NCBI GenBank assembly: GCA_020718225.1
Contig: DYSO01000001.1
Coordinates: forward strand, 10,968-74,967
Reading direction: 5' to 3'
DNA: 64,000 nucleotides
Source: Draconibacterium orientale
GTDB taxonomy: Bacteria; Bacteroidota; Bacteroidia; Bacteroidales; FEN-979
Shown: one piece after another, positions 54,962-64,000 of the stretch
Position numbering within the stretch: position 1 is the stretch's first letter
Layout: the number at the start of each line of letters is the position of its first letter
Notes under the pieces: generated by a model
Told to the model about the DNA's origin: nothing
What the model saw: only the letters and a program-made list of their open reading frames with translations
The model's database searches: none
Position numbers and translations under genes: made by a program

Positions 54962-55012
54962 TTTCAACCCTTTCCCCCTTCACACAGAGGAAAAAATAGC
55001 GAGAAGCGATAA

Positions 55013-56662
55013 TTAAAACTTGTTCTTTTTGAACAGTTTCACTACCAGCCAGAACCCGAAAAATCCGGCTAATACAAAAATAATGGTCCCAACCCACCGT
55101 ACCTGTTCCCACTGCGAAATAATGGAAGCCCCGATGATCAGAGCTGCCAGTACAATGGCTATGGATACCCGGTTGCTGGCATTGTCAATATGTTCAATCA
55201 GCGGTTCAATCCCTTTTACTTCAATCTGGGTCCTGAACCTTCCCTCTTTTATTTTATAGATGATCTCATTAACGTCAGCGGGTAATTCTTTAATGAGTTT
55301 AATGTAGTCTTTCAATGAAGTGAAAACTTCTTTGGCAATTAGCCTGGGATCGTACTGCCTGGCGATGAGTTCAATGGCATAAGGCTTCATTTCACGGGCA
55401 AAGTCGATTTTCGGGTTTAGGACAACGGCGACGCGTTCGATGGCCATCAGGGCCTTCACCAACAAATAGATATTGGCAGGGATACGCAATCCGTAACGGA
55501 CCAGGATATCTACCGATTCGTTCATGACCCGGCCAAAATCCATTTCATCGATGGTCAGATACTTATAATGGGCCAACATATCACTGATCTGAAATTCAAG
55601 TTCCTTGTAACGGGCAATATTTCGTTTCCCGGAGATCAGGAGCATGGCTTCGACCATGGTATGGGCATCCCGGTCAAGGTACCCGAGAACATATTTACCC
55701 AGAAATTGCAGGTGCTCCGGCCGTAACGAGCCCATCATGCCGAAATCAATAAATGACAGGATGTCCCCTTCCAGCACAAAGAGGTTCCCGGGATGGGGAT
55801 CGGCATGGAAAAAGCCATGGGTAAAAATCTGGTCGAAAACCAAACGCACCGCTTTTTGGGCAATGATTTCCGGATTATTACCATTCCTGAGAAGAGTCTC
55901 CAGGTCGCTCACTTTAGTACCACGGATAAATTCCTCAACCAGTATTTTTCCACTAACGTATTGTGAATAAACTTTGGGTACCCTGATATCGGGGTCATTA
56001 AGAAAGCAATGGGCAAAACGGACCATATTGGCGGCTTCGTGCCGGAAATCGAGTTCCCGCCGGATGGTTTTTCCAAACTCTTTGACCACATCCAGCAGAT
56101 TGATTGCTTCCATTTCCGGATTGCTGCGTTGCATGCGCCCGGCAAAAAAATTCATCAGGTGAAGGTCAAGTTCTATTTTTTTATCAATCCCTGGCCGTTG
56201 GATCTTCACACAAACTTCTTCGCCATTGAGTAAAACAGCACGGTAGGTTTGGGCCATTGATGCCGAAGCCAGCCGGTTTGAGTCAAACTCCCTGAAAATT
56301 TCACCGATCGGCCGGCCAAGCTCTTTTTCAATCTCCTGCTTTGCCAACGCATCGGGCATGGGCTGAGCCTCATCCTGGAGTTTTTTCAATTCTTCGCGCA
56401 ATGGTTCGGGAATGATATCCGGTCTGTCGGCCAAAATCTGTCCGAATTTTATAAAGGTAGGCCCCAGCTCTTCCATGGCCATTCGGATCCGTTCCCATTG
56501 GTTGTAACGTCCCAGCCGGGCAAGCCTTCTTTTGGATATGAAAAATTTTCCCACCCCCGAGGTGGTGACCCACTCGCTCAGCCCATATTTGATGACGATA
56601 CCGACAATTTCACGCGCCCTGCCTATTTCATTGACAGCCAGCCCAATTTTAGAGATTTTCAC
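55013..56662 (-). CDS. ubiB: ABC1/UbiB-family atypical kinase
   Basis: KFGQILADRPDIIP, ASASMAQTYRAVL, FHADPHPGNLF and DFGMMG, plus two C-terminal TM helices. Confidence 0.9.
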   Translation of the reverse strand: MKISKIGLAVNEIGRAREIVGIVIKYGLSEWVTTSGVGKFFISKRRLARLGRYNQWERIRMAMEELGPTFIKFGQILADRPDIIPEPLREELKKLQDEAQPMPDALAKQEIEKELGRPIGEIFREFDSNRLASASMAQTYRAVLLNGEEVCVKIQRPGIDKKIELDLHLMNFFAGRMQRSNPEMEAINLLDVVKEFGKTIRRELDFRHEAANMVRFAHCFLNDPDIRVPKVYSQYVSGKILVEEFIRGTKVSDLETLLRNGNNPEIIAQKAVRLVFDQIFTHGFFHADPHPGNLFVLEGDILSFIDFGMMGSLRPEHLQFLGKYVLGYLDRDAHTMVEAMLLISGKRNIARYKELEFQISDMLAHYKYLTIDEMDFGRVMNESVDILVRYGLRIPANIYLLVKALMAIERVAVVLNPKIDFAREMKPYAIELIARQYDPRLIAKEVFTSLKDYIKLIKELPADVNEIIYKIKEGRFRTQIEVKGIEPLIEHIDNASNRVSIAIVLAALIIGASIISQWEQVRWVGTIIFVLAGFFGFWLVVKLFKKNKF

Positions 56663-56680
56663 GATACTTATTGAGTCAAC

Positions 56681-57034
56681 TTACTGTTTTTTCTCTTTTA
56701 CATTCTTCGCCACCTTAGGTGCAGCTTTTGCCTTTGCCGGTGTTTTATGGAACGATTCCAGTTTTTTGATCCGCGCTTCTAAAAGCCTGATCTCCTTCTG
56801 GGTAGGCACCTCCATTTTTTTCAGGGTCGTTTGAACAAGCTGTAAAAAATCTGCTTCCAGGTTTTTACGGGCCTCTTCCGACTTTTTTAAAAGATGGTCA
56901 AGAAGCTTTTTTGCCTCTTCTTTGTTCAGTTTGTTTTCATTGGCAAGATCTTTTGCTGCCTGGGTGATTTTATCACGGGTCATGGTTGCATACTCAATGC
57001 CCTTGTCGATGGTTTTTTTTATTTCATCTAACAT
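56681..57034 (-). CDS. phasin-like coiled-coil protein
   Basis: 117 aa, helical. VPTQKEIRLLEARIKKLE plus a Lys/Ala-rich tail resembles COG3937-type phasin-family proteins. The assignment is tentative. Confidence 0.45.
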   Translation of the reverse strand: MLDEIKKTIDKGIEYATMTRDKITQAAKDLANENKLNKEEAKKLLDHLLKKSEEARKNLEADFLQLVQTTLKKMEVPTQKEIRLLEARIKKLESFHKTPAKAKAAPKVAKNVKEKKQ

Positions 57035-57045
57035 GTCAGCTCCTC

Positions 57046-57507
57046 CTATTTTTTAGTGGGTGAATATTTCATTGTTGCATTTTTTTTGATTTTCATATGA
57101 TGGATTTCAAGATCGTTCAACATGGTTTCATGGTTTTTAATGGTTGAAAACCGGATCTCAAAAGCTGTTAAAACATTGGGAATATCACGGATGTTTTTCA
57201 ACAGATGTTCTTTGCTGAATTTTTTTATCGGACCCTCTGTCAGCAGAAAAAAATCAGTCTGTTTTAATTCGGGCAGAAGGATGGATTCCGGAGTCCGGTT
57301 TGATAATAGATAGTAAGTGGTAAAAAATTCTTCGTCATGGGATAAATAGAAAGAAAACCCTTGAAAGTCGTCCATTTTAATGAATTCGAGTTCAAGTTTG
57401 GCGTTAAGCAGGTATGATAAACGGTAATCGTTCAGATGGCAGGAGATACCAAAAAGGGTATAGGGCGATGGTTCAGGGCCGGAGACGATAGAGAATTTCT
57501 TTGGCAT
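57046..57507 (-). CDS. IPExxxVDY-family protein
   Basis: 153 aa. FGISCHLNDYRLSYLLN and LPELKQTDFFLL (variant of the IPExxxVDY motif). Position next to rnc/fabF is as in other Bacteroidota, from memory. Confidence 0.55.
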   Translation of the reverse strand: MPKKFSIVSGPEPSPYTLFGISCHLNDYRLSYLLNAKLELEFIKMDDFQGFSFYLSHDEEFFTTYYLLSNRTPESILLPELKQTDFFLLTEGPIKKFSKEHLLKNIRDIPNVLTAFEIRFSTIKNHETMLNDLEIHHMKIKKNATMKYSPTKK

Positions 57508-57545
57508 AACAGGGCCGTTGTATTATGGAAACAAAGTTAACCATT

Positions 57546-58292
57546 CTATAGCCCAAGGTCAATGGTTTCTCCATTTATTTTTTGCCATGCTTTTTCAGCG
57601 GCATTTTGTTCGGCGCTTTTGATTGAATGGTCCTGTCCCCTGGAAAGAGAGGAACCATCGATGAAAAGCTCAACTACATATTGTTTTTTATACCCTGAGC
57701 CAACCTCTTCAAGAACCTGAAATCGGACCTGATTTTTATTGTGCTGTGCCCATTCAATGATTTTGCTTTTAAAATTGACCTCCCGGTTGACCAGTTCATC
57801 CATATTGAAATAGGAATGAATAATTCGGTCGAGGATTATTTTCCGGGTAAAATCGTAACCCTTATCGAGGTAAATAGCGCCAATCAAAGCTTCAAACGCA
57901 TCGCCCCGGTATGACCGCGAGGCGCCGGGAGCAGATCCTTCCAGGAGGATCAGCTGATCGATTCCCATTTTTTGTGAAAGTTTGTTTAATGTTGACCGGC
58001 TGACCAATTTCGACCGCATCTCGGTCAGGAACCCTTCATCCCTGGTCGGAAATGTTTTAAACAGGTAATCGGCTATAACGGCATCAAGGATGGCATCGCC
58101 AAGAAATTCCAACCGTTCATTGTTTACCTTCAGCCCGTTCAGGGTCTCCTGTGTGGCCGATTTATGTAAAAAAGCAAGATGATAAAGAAAAATATTACCT
58201 GGTTTATAGCCAAGGATACTTCGTATTGCACTTTTTAATTGCCTGTCGGAGGAAAATTCTGTAGCAACCGGTTTATAAGGTCTGAACCTCAA
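57546..58292 (-). CDS. rnc: ribonuclease III
   Basis: NERLEFLGDAILDAVIADYL signature and a C-terminal dsRBD (AEQNAAEKAW). Confidence 0.94.
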   Translation of the reverse strand: MRFRPYKPVATEFSSDRQLKSAIRSILGYKPGNIFLYHLAFLHKSATQETLNGLKVNNERLEFLGDAILDAVIADYLFKTFPTRDEGFLTEMRSKLVSRSTLNKLSQKMGIDQLILLEGSAPGASRSYRGDAFEALIGAIYLDKGYDFTRKIILDRIIHSYFNMDELVNREVNFKSKIIEWAQHNKNQVRFQVLEEVGSGYKKQYVVELFIDGSSLSRGQDHSIKSAEQNAAEKAWQKINGETIDLGL

Positions 58293-58297
58293 GGAGA

Positions 58298-59557
58298 TTA
58301 TAACTTATATTTCGTGAATATCACGGTAGCATTGTGGCCCCCAAATCCAAAAGTATTACTGAGGGCATAATTCACGGTCCGTTCCTGTGCCTTGTGAAAT
58401 GTAAAGTTTAATAAAGGAATTTGCGGATCGTCGGTAAAATGGTTGATGGTGGGGGGGATGATGTCATTTTTCACGGCAAGCAGCGCTGCAATGGCTTCAA
58501 TAGCGCCGGCAGCTCCGAGCAAATGACCGGTCATCGACTTGGTAGAATTGATGTTGATTTTAAACGCATGGTCCTCAAACAGACCAACGATGGCTTTTGG
58601 TTCAGCGACATCGCCGGTTGGTGTGGCCGTTCCATGTGTATTGATATGGTCGATGGCTTCAACCGGAATTCCTGCGTCCGAAAGGGCTGTACGCATAGAT
58701 AAAATGGCTCCGAGTCCGTCGGGATGAGGTGCGGTCATATGATAAGCATCGGCCGATAAACCGCCACCCACGATTTCAGCATATATTTTAGCGCCGCGTG
58801 CCCGGGCATGTTCAAGTTCTTCGAGAATTAAAGCCCCAGCCCCTTCGCCCATCACAAAACCATCACGGTCTTTGTCAAAAGGCCGGGATGCGGTCAAAGG
58901 ATCGTCATTTCGTGTGGAAATGGCGTGCATGGCATTAAAACCACCAACCCCAACCGGTGTAATGGCAGCTTCAGATCCTCCGGCAACGAAAATATCAGCT
59001 TTCCCTAAACGGATATAATTAAAAGCATCAACAATGGCATTGGCCGATGAAGCACAGGCAGAAACCGTGGCAAAATTGGCTCCGCGAAAACCATATTTCA
59101 TGGAAATATGCCCTGCCGTAATATCGGAAATCATCTTGGGTATAAAAAAAGGATTGAAACGCGGGGTCCCGTCGCCAACTCCGAAGGCCACCACCTCATT
59201 CATAAAGGTTTCCAATCCGCCAATACCGGAAGCCCAGATAACACCTATCCGGTCGTGGTCCGGATTTGCAGTCTCAAACCCGGCATCGGCAACTGCCTCA
59301 TCGGCACAAACGATCCCAAAATGGGAACAGCGGTCATACTTTCGGACCTCTTTTCGTTCAAAATAATTTTCCGGGTTAAAATTTTTAACCTCGCACGCAA
59401 ATTGCGTTTTAAACCTTGAAGCATCAAAACGGGTAATCGGGCCGGCACCGTTGGTACCCCGGATCAGATTATTCCAATATTCTGAAACGGAATTTCCGAT
59501 GGGTGTCAACGCCCCAAGACCAGTTACTACAACTCGCCTTAATTCCACGGGCATCAT
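58298..59557 (-). CDS. fabF: beta-ketoacyl-ACP synthase II
   Basis: RRVVVTGLGALTP, active-site ATVSACASS, NTHGTATPTGD and GHLLGAAGAIEA. Confidence 0.96.
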   Translation of the reverse strand: MMPVELRRVVVTGLGALTPIGNSVSEYWNNLIRGTNGAGPITRFDASRFKTQFACEVKNFNPENYFERKEVRKYDRCSHFGIVCADEAVADAGFETANPDHDRIGVIWASGIGGLETFMNEVVAFGVGDGTPRFNPFFIPKMISDITAGHISMKYGFRGANFATVSACASSANAIVDAFNYIRLGKADIFVAGGSEAAITPVGVGGFNAMHAISTRNDDPLTASRPFDKDRDGFVMGEGAGALILEELEHARARGAKIYAEIVGGGLSADAYHMTAPHPDGLGAILSMRTALSDAGIPVEAIDHINTHGTATPTGDVAEPKAIVGLFEDHAFKININSTKSMTGHLLGAAGAIEAIAALLAVKNDIIPPTINHFTDDPQIPLLNFTFHKAQERTVNYALSNTFGFGGHNATVIFTKYKL

Positions 59558-59582
59558 TTTAAAGGTTCATTGATCAAAGGAG

Positions 59583-59603
59583 AACCCCGCTTTTCGCGGG
59601 GTT
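59583..59603 (-). other. intercistronic stem-loop between acpP and fabF
   Basis: aaccccgc-ttttc-gcggggtt is a perfect 8-bp stem. No U-run follows on the coding strand, so it is not a canonical terminator. Confidence 0.35.
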
Positions 59604-59666
59604 TGAATTCATTTTAATCTTTCAGGGAGCAACATCCAAAACAGGCCACAAGGATTTGAGGTGTCC

Positions 59667-59903
59667 TTATTTGGTGTTATTCTCAATGTAAGCAATAGCT
59701 TCACCGACAGTACTGATCTTCTCGGCCTGATCATCCGGGATGGCGATATCGAATTCCTTTTCAAATTCCATAATCAATTCCACCGTATCAAGAGAGTCAG
59801 CACCAAGATCATTGGTAAAGCTAGCTTCAGGCGTAACTTCACTTTCATCAACACCAAGCTTATCAACAATGATAGCTTTTACTTTTGCGGAAATGTCAGA
59901 CAT
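59667..59903 (-). CDS. acpP: acyl carrier protein
   Basis: 78 aa with [16 protein letters not shown] (phosphopantetheine Ser). Confidence 0.96.
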   Translation of the reverse strand: MSDISAKVKAIIVDKLGVDESEVTPEASFTNDLGADSLDTVELIMEFEKEFDIAIPDDQAEKISTVGEAIAYIENNTK

Positions 59904-60126
59904 GTTATTTCTTTTTTGGTTAAACGGACTGCAAAGAAAAGAATATTCTTTATTCCCACCAATAATTTATGATTTTTTAACAGTTATAAAAATTACTTCC
60001 CTGATAACGTGATATTTATAAAACAGGCCGGGTTTTCCCTAACATAACTTATCCTGTTTTGACCATTCTGGATGAACGGCTTACCTTGCAGTAAGCCGGG
60101 TTTGGTAGAAATTAGCGGAGCTTTCG

Positions 60127-60134
60127 TATTTTTG
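60127..60134 (+). promoter_or_regulatory. TAnnTTTG -7 box upstream of purN
   Basis: tatttttg lies 18 nt upstream of ATG 60153. Confidence 0.4.
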
Positions 60135-60152
60135 TATCCAACCTTTCTACCA

Positions 60153-60728
60153 ATGAACCGACTTGCCCTCTTTGCTTCCGGGAACGGATCGAACGTTCAG
60201 CGGATTACCGAGTACTTTTCAGGTCACCCGCTGATCCGTGTCGATCTTGTATTGACGAATAACCCGAAAGCTTTTGTGATCGAAAGGGCCAGGGATTTAA
60301 AGATCCCCTCGGTGATATTTAACCGTCATGAATTTTATCATTCCGGTCATGTTCTGGATCTTCTTTCGGAACGAAACATCACCCATGTCATATTGGCCGG
60401 GTTCCTGTGGATGGTCCCGCAGAACATCCTGAATTCATTTCATGGGAGAATCCTGAACATTCATCCGGCCCTTCTCCCGAAATATGGTGGCAAAGGGATG
60501 TATGGTCTGCGGGTCCATCAGGAAGTCATTGCATCGGGTGATACTCAATCGGGCATAACCATCCATTATGTAAATGAAAAATACGATGAGGGGCAGATCA
60601 TTTTCCAGAAGCGCTGCCAGGTGAACCGGGAAGATACCCCAGAAACCCTGGCTGAAAAAATCCATCAACTCGAATACCGTTTCTACCCTGAGATTATCGA
60701 AAAAGAGTTACAGATTAAGGATAAATGA
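60153..60728 (+). CDS. purN: phosphoribosylglycinamide formyltransferase
   Basis: LALFASGNGSN, ILAGFLWMVP, NIHPALLPKYGG and GITIHYV. Start moved to ATG 60153. Confidence 0.92.
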   Translation: MNRLALFASGNGSNVQRITEYFSGHPLIRVDLVLTNNPKAFVIERARDLKIPSVIFNRHEFYHSGHVLDLLSERNITHVILAGFLWMVPQNILNSFHGRILNIHPALLPKYGGKGMYGLRVHQEVIASGDTQSGITIHYVNEKYDEGQIIFQKRCQVNREDTPETLAEKIHQLEYRFYPEIIEKELQIKDK

Positions 60729-60734
60729 TCCCAG

Positions 60735-62084
60735 TCATTTTTCAATTCTTTTCAGGATATTTTCCGTCTCTTTTTCGAAACCGGGTTTGCCAAGAAGGGC
60801 AAACATGTTTTTCTTATAGGCTTCCACTCCCGGCTGATCGAACGGATTCACCCCCAGTGCATATCCGCTTAGGGCACAGGCAAATTCAAAAAAGTAGATA
60901 AGCTGGCCGATGGTATATTCGTTGATGGCGGGAATCGTAATCCTGATATTCGGAACACCACCGTCAACATGGGCCATCATGGTACCTAGTTCTGCCATCC
61001 GGTTTACTTCCGATAAACGCTTACCGGAGATAAAATTCAATCCGTCAATGTTATCAGGGTCGTCCGGTATGTGTAATGTCTTTGCTGGCTGTTCCACTGA
61101 AACCACGGTTTCAAAAATGGTACGCATTCCCTCCTGGATATATTGGCCCATGGAATGCAGGTCGCTGGTAAAGGTAACCCCGGCCGGGAAAATGCCTTTA
61201 TTTTCCTTGCCCTCGCTCTCGCCATAAAGCTGTTTCCACCATTCGATGAAATAGAGAAGGGTTGGTTCATAGGCTACCAGAATCTCAATGAATTTCCCGT
61301 TGCGGTAAATAATATTTCTGAACGCAGCATACATCGCACAGGGATTTTGTTCGCAATCGGAAGAACGAAGTGCAATTTCCCGCATCTGGCGTGCGCCATC
61401 CAATAAAACCCGGATATCAAAACCGGCAACAGCAATGGGAAGTAACCCAACGGGAGTGAGAACGGAATAACGTCCTCCCACATCGTCGGGAATCACATAC
61501 GACACATAACCCCGGTTATCCGCCAGATTTTTCAGCGCCCCGCGCCGGGCATCGGTAATGGCAAAAATCCGCTTGCCAGCCTCCTCCCTGCCATATTTAT
61601 CTTCAAGATGCTTCTTGATCAGCCGAAACGCAACGGCCGGTTCGGTGGTTGTCCCCGACTTCGAAACAACGGCAACGGCATAACTTTTATGATCGAGTAA
61701 TTCCAAAAGGTTGGCATGATAATCTTCACTGAGGTTTTCCCCGGCAAAAATAACCAGCGGATGGCCTTTTCGGCCGATCAATCCTTGGAAAGGATTTCCC
61801 AGCGCCTCAATGACTGCCCTTGATCCAAGATAAGAACCGCCAATACCAATGACCACAAAAACTTCAGCAACCGCCCTGATCCAGGCGGCATCTTCGTTGA
61901 TCCTGTTGATCATTTCTTCCTCAATCGTTTCCGGAAGATCCATCCACCCTAAAAAATCGTTCCCTTTACCGGTACGGTTGACCAGCATCTGGTGACATTT
62001 GTCCACCTCCTCCTGGTACCGGGGCAAACATTTATCGCCGATAAATGGTTTCCCATTGCTGATATCAATTTTAAGTTGCATCAT
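60735..62084 (-). CDS. pgi: glucose-6-phosphate isomerase
   Basis: VIGIGGSYLG, VSKSGTTTEP, VGGRYSVL and GVNPFDQPGVE. Start taken at ATG 62084. Confidence 0.93.
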   Translation of the reverse strand: MMQLKIDISNGKPFIGDKCLPRYQEEVDKCHQMLVNRTGKGNDFLGWMDLPETIEEEMINRINEDAAWIRAVAEVFVVIGIGGSYLGSRAVIEALGNPFQGLIGRKGHPLVIFAGENLSEDYHANLLELLDHKSYAVAVVSKSGTTTEPAVAFRLIKKHLEDKYGREEAGKRIFAITDARRGALKNLADNRGYVSYVIPDDVGGRYSVLTPVGLLPIAVAGFDIRVLLDGARQMREIALRSSDCEQNPCAMYAAFRNIIYRNGKFIEILVAYEPTLLYFIEWWKQLYGESEGKENKGIFPAGVTFTSDLHSMGQYIQEGMRTIFETVVSVEQPAKTLHIPDDPDNIDGLNFISGKRLSEVNRMAELGTMMAHVDGGVPNIRITIPAINEYTIGQLIYFFEFACALSGYALGVNPFDQPGVEAYKKNMFALLGKPGFEKETENILKRIEK

Positions 62085-62328
62085 GATCATACATTTTTTC
62101 AGAAACGAAGATATGAATAAGAATAGAACCGCAAAAAAAAAGTGTGTCCCTTGCCTGAACACACTTCATTTCAATAGACAAATGTTTATTCCAAAAAAGA
62201 ATCTCCCGTCCGGATATGACAGACAATGAAAATTTCGTTTGACAAAAATAGTTCAATTCCTACCCTGAAACTGTTAAGGAATATTAATATACGTTAAAAA
62301 GTGTTAAACCGGAAAACATATTTTTCGG

Positions 62329-62336
62329 TACCTTTG
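62329..62336 (+). promoter_or_regulatory. TAnnTTTG -7 box immediately upstream of the histidine kinase
   Basis: tacctttg ends only 5 nt before ATG 62342. Confidence 0.4.
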
Positions 62337-62341
62337 AAGCC

Positions 62342-63628
62342 ATGAACCAGAAAATCATCATTTTTACGATCATTTCGATGACCCTTGCCCTCATCGGGCT
62401 GATGGTCATCCAGATTTACTGGATTCAAAATGCCTCCTCCGTGAAAGAGGCCAACTTCCGCAGAAGCGTTACAGAAGCAATGGTGAAGGTTGTTGAAAAA
62501 GTGGAACGGATGGAAAAACACAAAGCGCTGAAATCAAATCAGTACGAAAGCATGTTTAATTTTAACCGTCATCTCCCCTACGATGCCTTCTTAACGCGGG
62601 GGGCCCTCGATTCAATGATTTCCCTTATCCTCAACAGCCGTGGGATAGATACCCGTTATGAATTCGGAATTTACAAACCGGAAGGGAACCAGTTTTTGAT
62701 TAAAAAATCTGATAACTATCAAAAAGAGTTGATTAAAAAAGGCTATGCATTCCCTCTTTTTCAAAACGATATCTATACAAGTCCGGAATATCTCTGTATT
62801 TTCTTCCCCCGGGAAAAACAATTCCTGCTTACCGAATTATGGGGGATGTTGTTGATTTCAATCCTTCTCATCATTGTCATTGTTTATTCATTTACCTATA
62901 CCATTGCAACGATTTTCAAGCAAAAGCGGCTATCAGAAATGAAAAACGATTTTATCAACAACATGACACACGAGTTTAAAACTCCTATTTCAACCATTTC
63001 TCTGGCATGTGAAGCTTTGAGCGATAAAGATTTACGTGATTCCGGCAATTTTCTGGAAAGCTATCTTACCATGATCCGGGAGGAAAACAAACGCCTTTCG
63101 GTAATGGCTGAAAAAATCCTGCAAACAGCAGTTATCGACAAAGGCCAGATGAAAATGACCAGGGAAAAAATCAATATTCACGATATCATAACCGATGTTA
63201 TTAAAAACCTGCGGATTCAGGTTGAAATCAAGGATGGGGAGATTATCCGGAATTTCGGCGCTGTCCGGAGTATCATTGAAGGGGATAAGGTCCATGTTAC
63301 CAATCTGTTTTACAACCTGCTTGACAATGCTAACAAATATTCACCCAAAAAACCATTGATTCGGGTCACAACCGATAATGTCCAGAACGGAATCGTTATC
63401 CATATTGAAGATAACGGCATTGGTATCGGCAAAAATGAACAAAAAAAGATTTTCGATAAACTTTACCGCGTCCCCACCGGAAATATCCATGAAGTGCGCG
63501 GGTTCGGATTGGGATTGAATTATGTGAAAGCCATTGTTGACGAACATCACGGTAAGATCAGCCTGGAGAGCGAAGTGAACAGGGGCGCTAAATTTAAGGT
63601 ATTCCTTCCCTTTGTCATAAAAGAATAA
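62342..63628 (+). CDS. sensor histidine kinase (HisKA + HATPase_c)
   Basis: Two TM segments, H-box FINNMTHEFKTPIS, N-box LLDNANKYS, and G-boxes DNGIGI / GFGLGLNYV. Confidence 0.88.
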   Translation: MNQKIIIFTIISMTLALIGLMVIQIYWIQNASSVKEANFRRSVTEAMVKVVEKVERMEKHKALKSNQYESMFNFNRHLPYDAFLTRGALDSMISLILNSRGIDTRYEFGIYKPEGNQFLIKKSDNYQKELIKKGYAFPLFQNDIYTSPEYLCIFFPREKQFLLTELWGMLLISILLIIVIVYSFTYTIATIFKQKRLSEMKNDFINNMTHEFKTPISTISLACEALSDKDLRDSGNFLESYLTMIREENKRLSVMAEKILQTAVIDKGQMKMTREKINIHDIITDVIKNLRIQVEIKDGEIIRNFGAVRSIIEGDKVHVTNLFYNLLDNANKYSPKKPLIRVTTDNVQNGIVIHIEDNGIGIGKNEQKKIFDKLYRVPTGNIHEVRGFGLGLNYVKAIVDEHHGKISLESEVNRGAKFKVFLPFVIKE

Positions 63629-63662
63629 AACAGGATGCCCAGCGTTACTATAAATAAAACCC

Positions 63663-64000
63663 ATGGAGAAAACCCAACCCCGCCTGCTGCTGGCTGAAGA
63701 TGACCGTAACCTGGGCAATATCCTGAAAAATTACCTGGAAGCCAAAGGATACATAACAACCTTATGCGTCAACGGCCAGGAAGCCATAGAGACCTTTAAC
63801 AGAAAAGTGTTTGATATCTGTATCCTCGACATTATGATGCCGGTAAAAGATGGATTTACTGTGGCCAGCGAAATCCGTGAGGTCAATAAAAAAATTCCCA
63901 TCCTTTTCCTGACTGCCAAAACCCTGCAACAGGATAAACTCAAAGGATTTGAAACCGGCGCCGACGATTATGTCACCAAGCCTTTCAGTATGGAAGAACT
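63663..64000 (+). CDS. OmpR-family response regulator (5' partial, runs off the window)
   Basis: Not in the ORF track because no stop lies within the window. My translation is MEKTQPRLLLAEDDRNLGNILKNYLEAKGY...ICILDIMMPVKDGF...ILFLTAK...GADDYVTKPFSMEEL, a receiver domain. Confidence 0.88.
   Translation, partial: MEKTQPRLLLAEDDRNLGNILKNYLEAKGYITTLCVNGQEAIETFNRKVFDICILDIMMPVKDGFTVASEIREVNKKIPILFLTAKTLQQDKLKGFETGADDYVTKPFSMEE

Overview
The window looks like a 64-kb piece of a Bacteroidota chromosome. Support: several proteins end in T9SS C-terminal sorting domains, many genes are preceded by TAnnTTTG -7 boxes, LytS/LytTR pairs are present, and an rnc-fabF-acpP block sits next to an IPExxxVDY-family gene. 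Two housekeeping blocks flank a ~25-kb accessory stretch. The left block (0.7-23.7 kb) carries fba, two tandem-USP genes, ruvB, queG, ubiX, ispB, nrdJ, a GT9 heptosyltransferase, tatD and ansA. The right block (48.4-64 kb) carries an SSF transporter, dusB, tdk, cyclophilin, pheS, ubiB, rnc, fabF, acpP, purN and pgi. The accessory stretch begins right after tRNA-Ser(GGA) and is rich in gene wreckage. It holds fused LytS/LytTR fragments, an IS1634-like transposase remnant, a frameshifted esterase, a frameshifted CarboxypepD_reg protein and a GNAT stub next to a 282-bp MITE-like palindrome. It also holds a type I HsdR tail and a collapsed MutS-like gene. Two observations seem most worth a second look. 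(1) Short-unit (7- or 8-bp) tandem arrays sit at gene boundaries, several running exactly from a stop codon to the next start codon, and one forms the predicted leader of tRNA-Ser. This resembles cyanobacterial STRR heptamers. (2) An apparently intact, tightly coupled gene pair sits beside the dead restriction and MutS remnants: a 957-aa SF1/UvrD-like helicase with a RelE/ParE-like N-terminus and ankyrin repeats, plus a 472-aa protein of unknown function. I found no CRISPR array, rRNA or reverse transcriptase. All functional calls come from motif recognition by eye, with no database search, so family names should be confirmed by HMM or BLAST.
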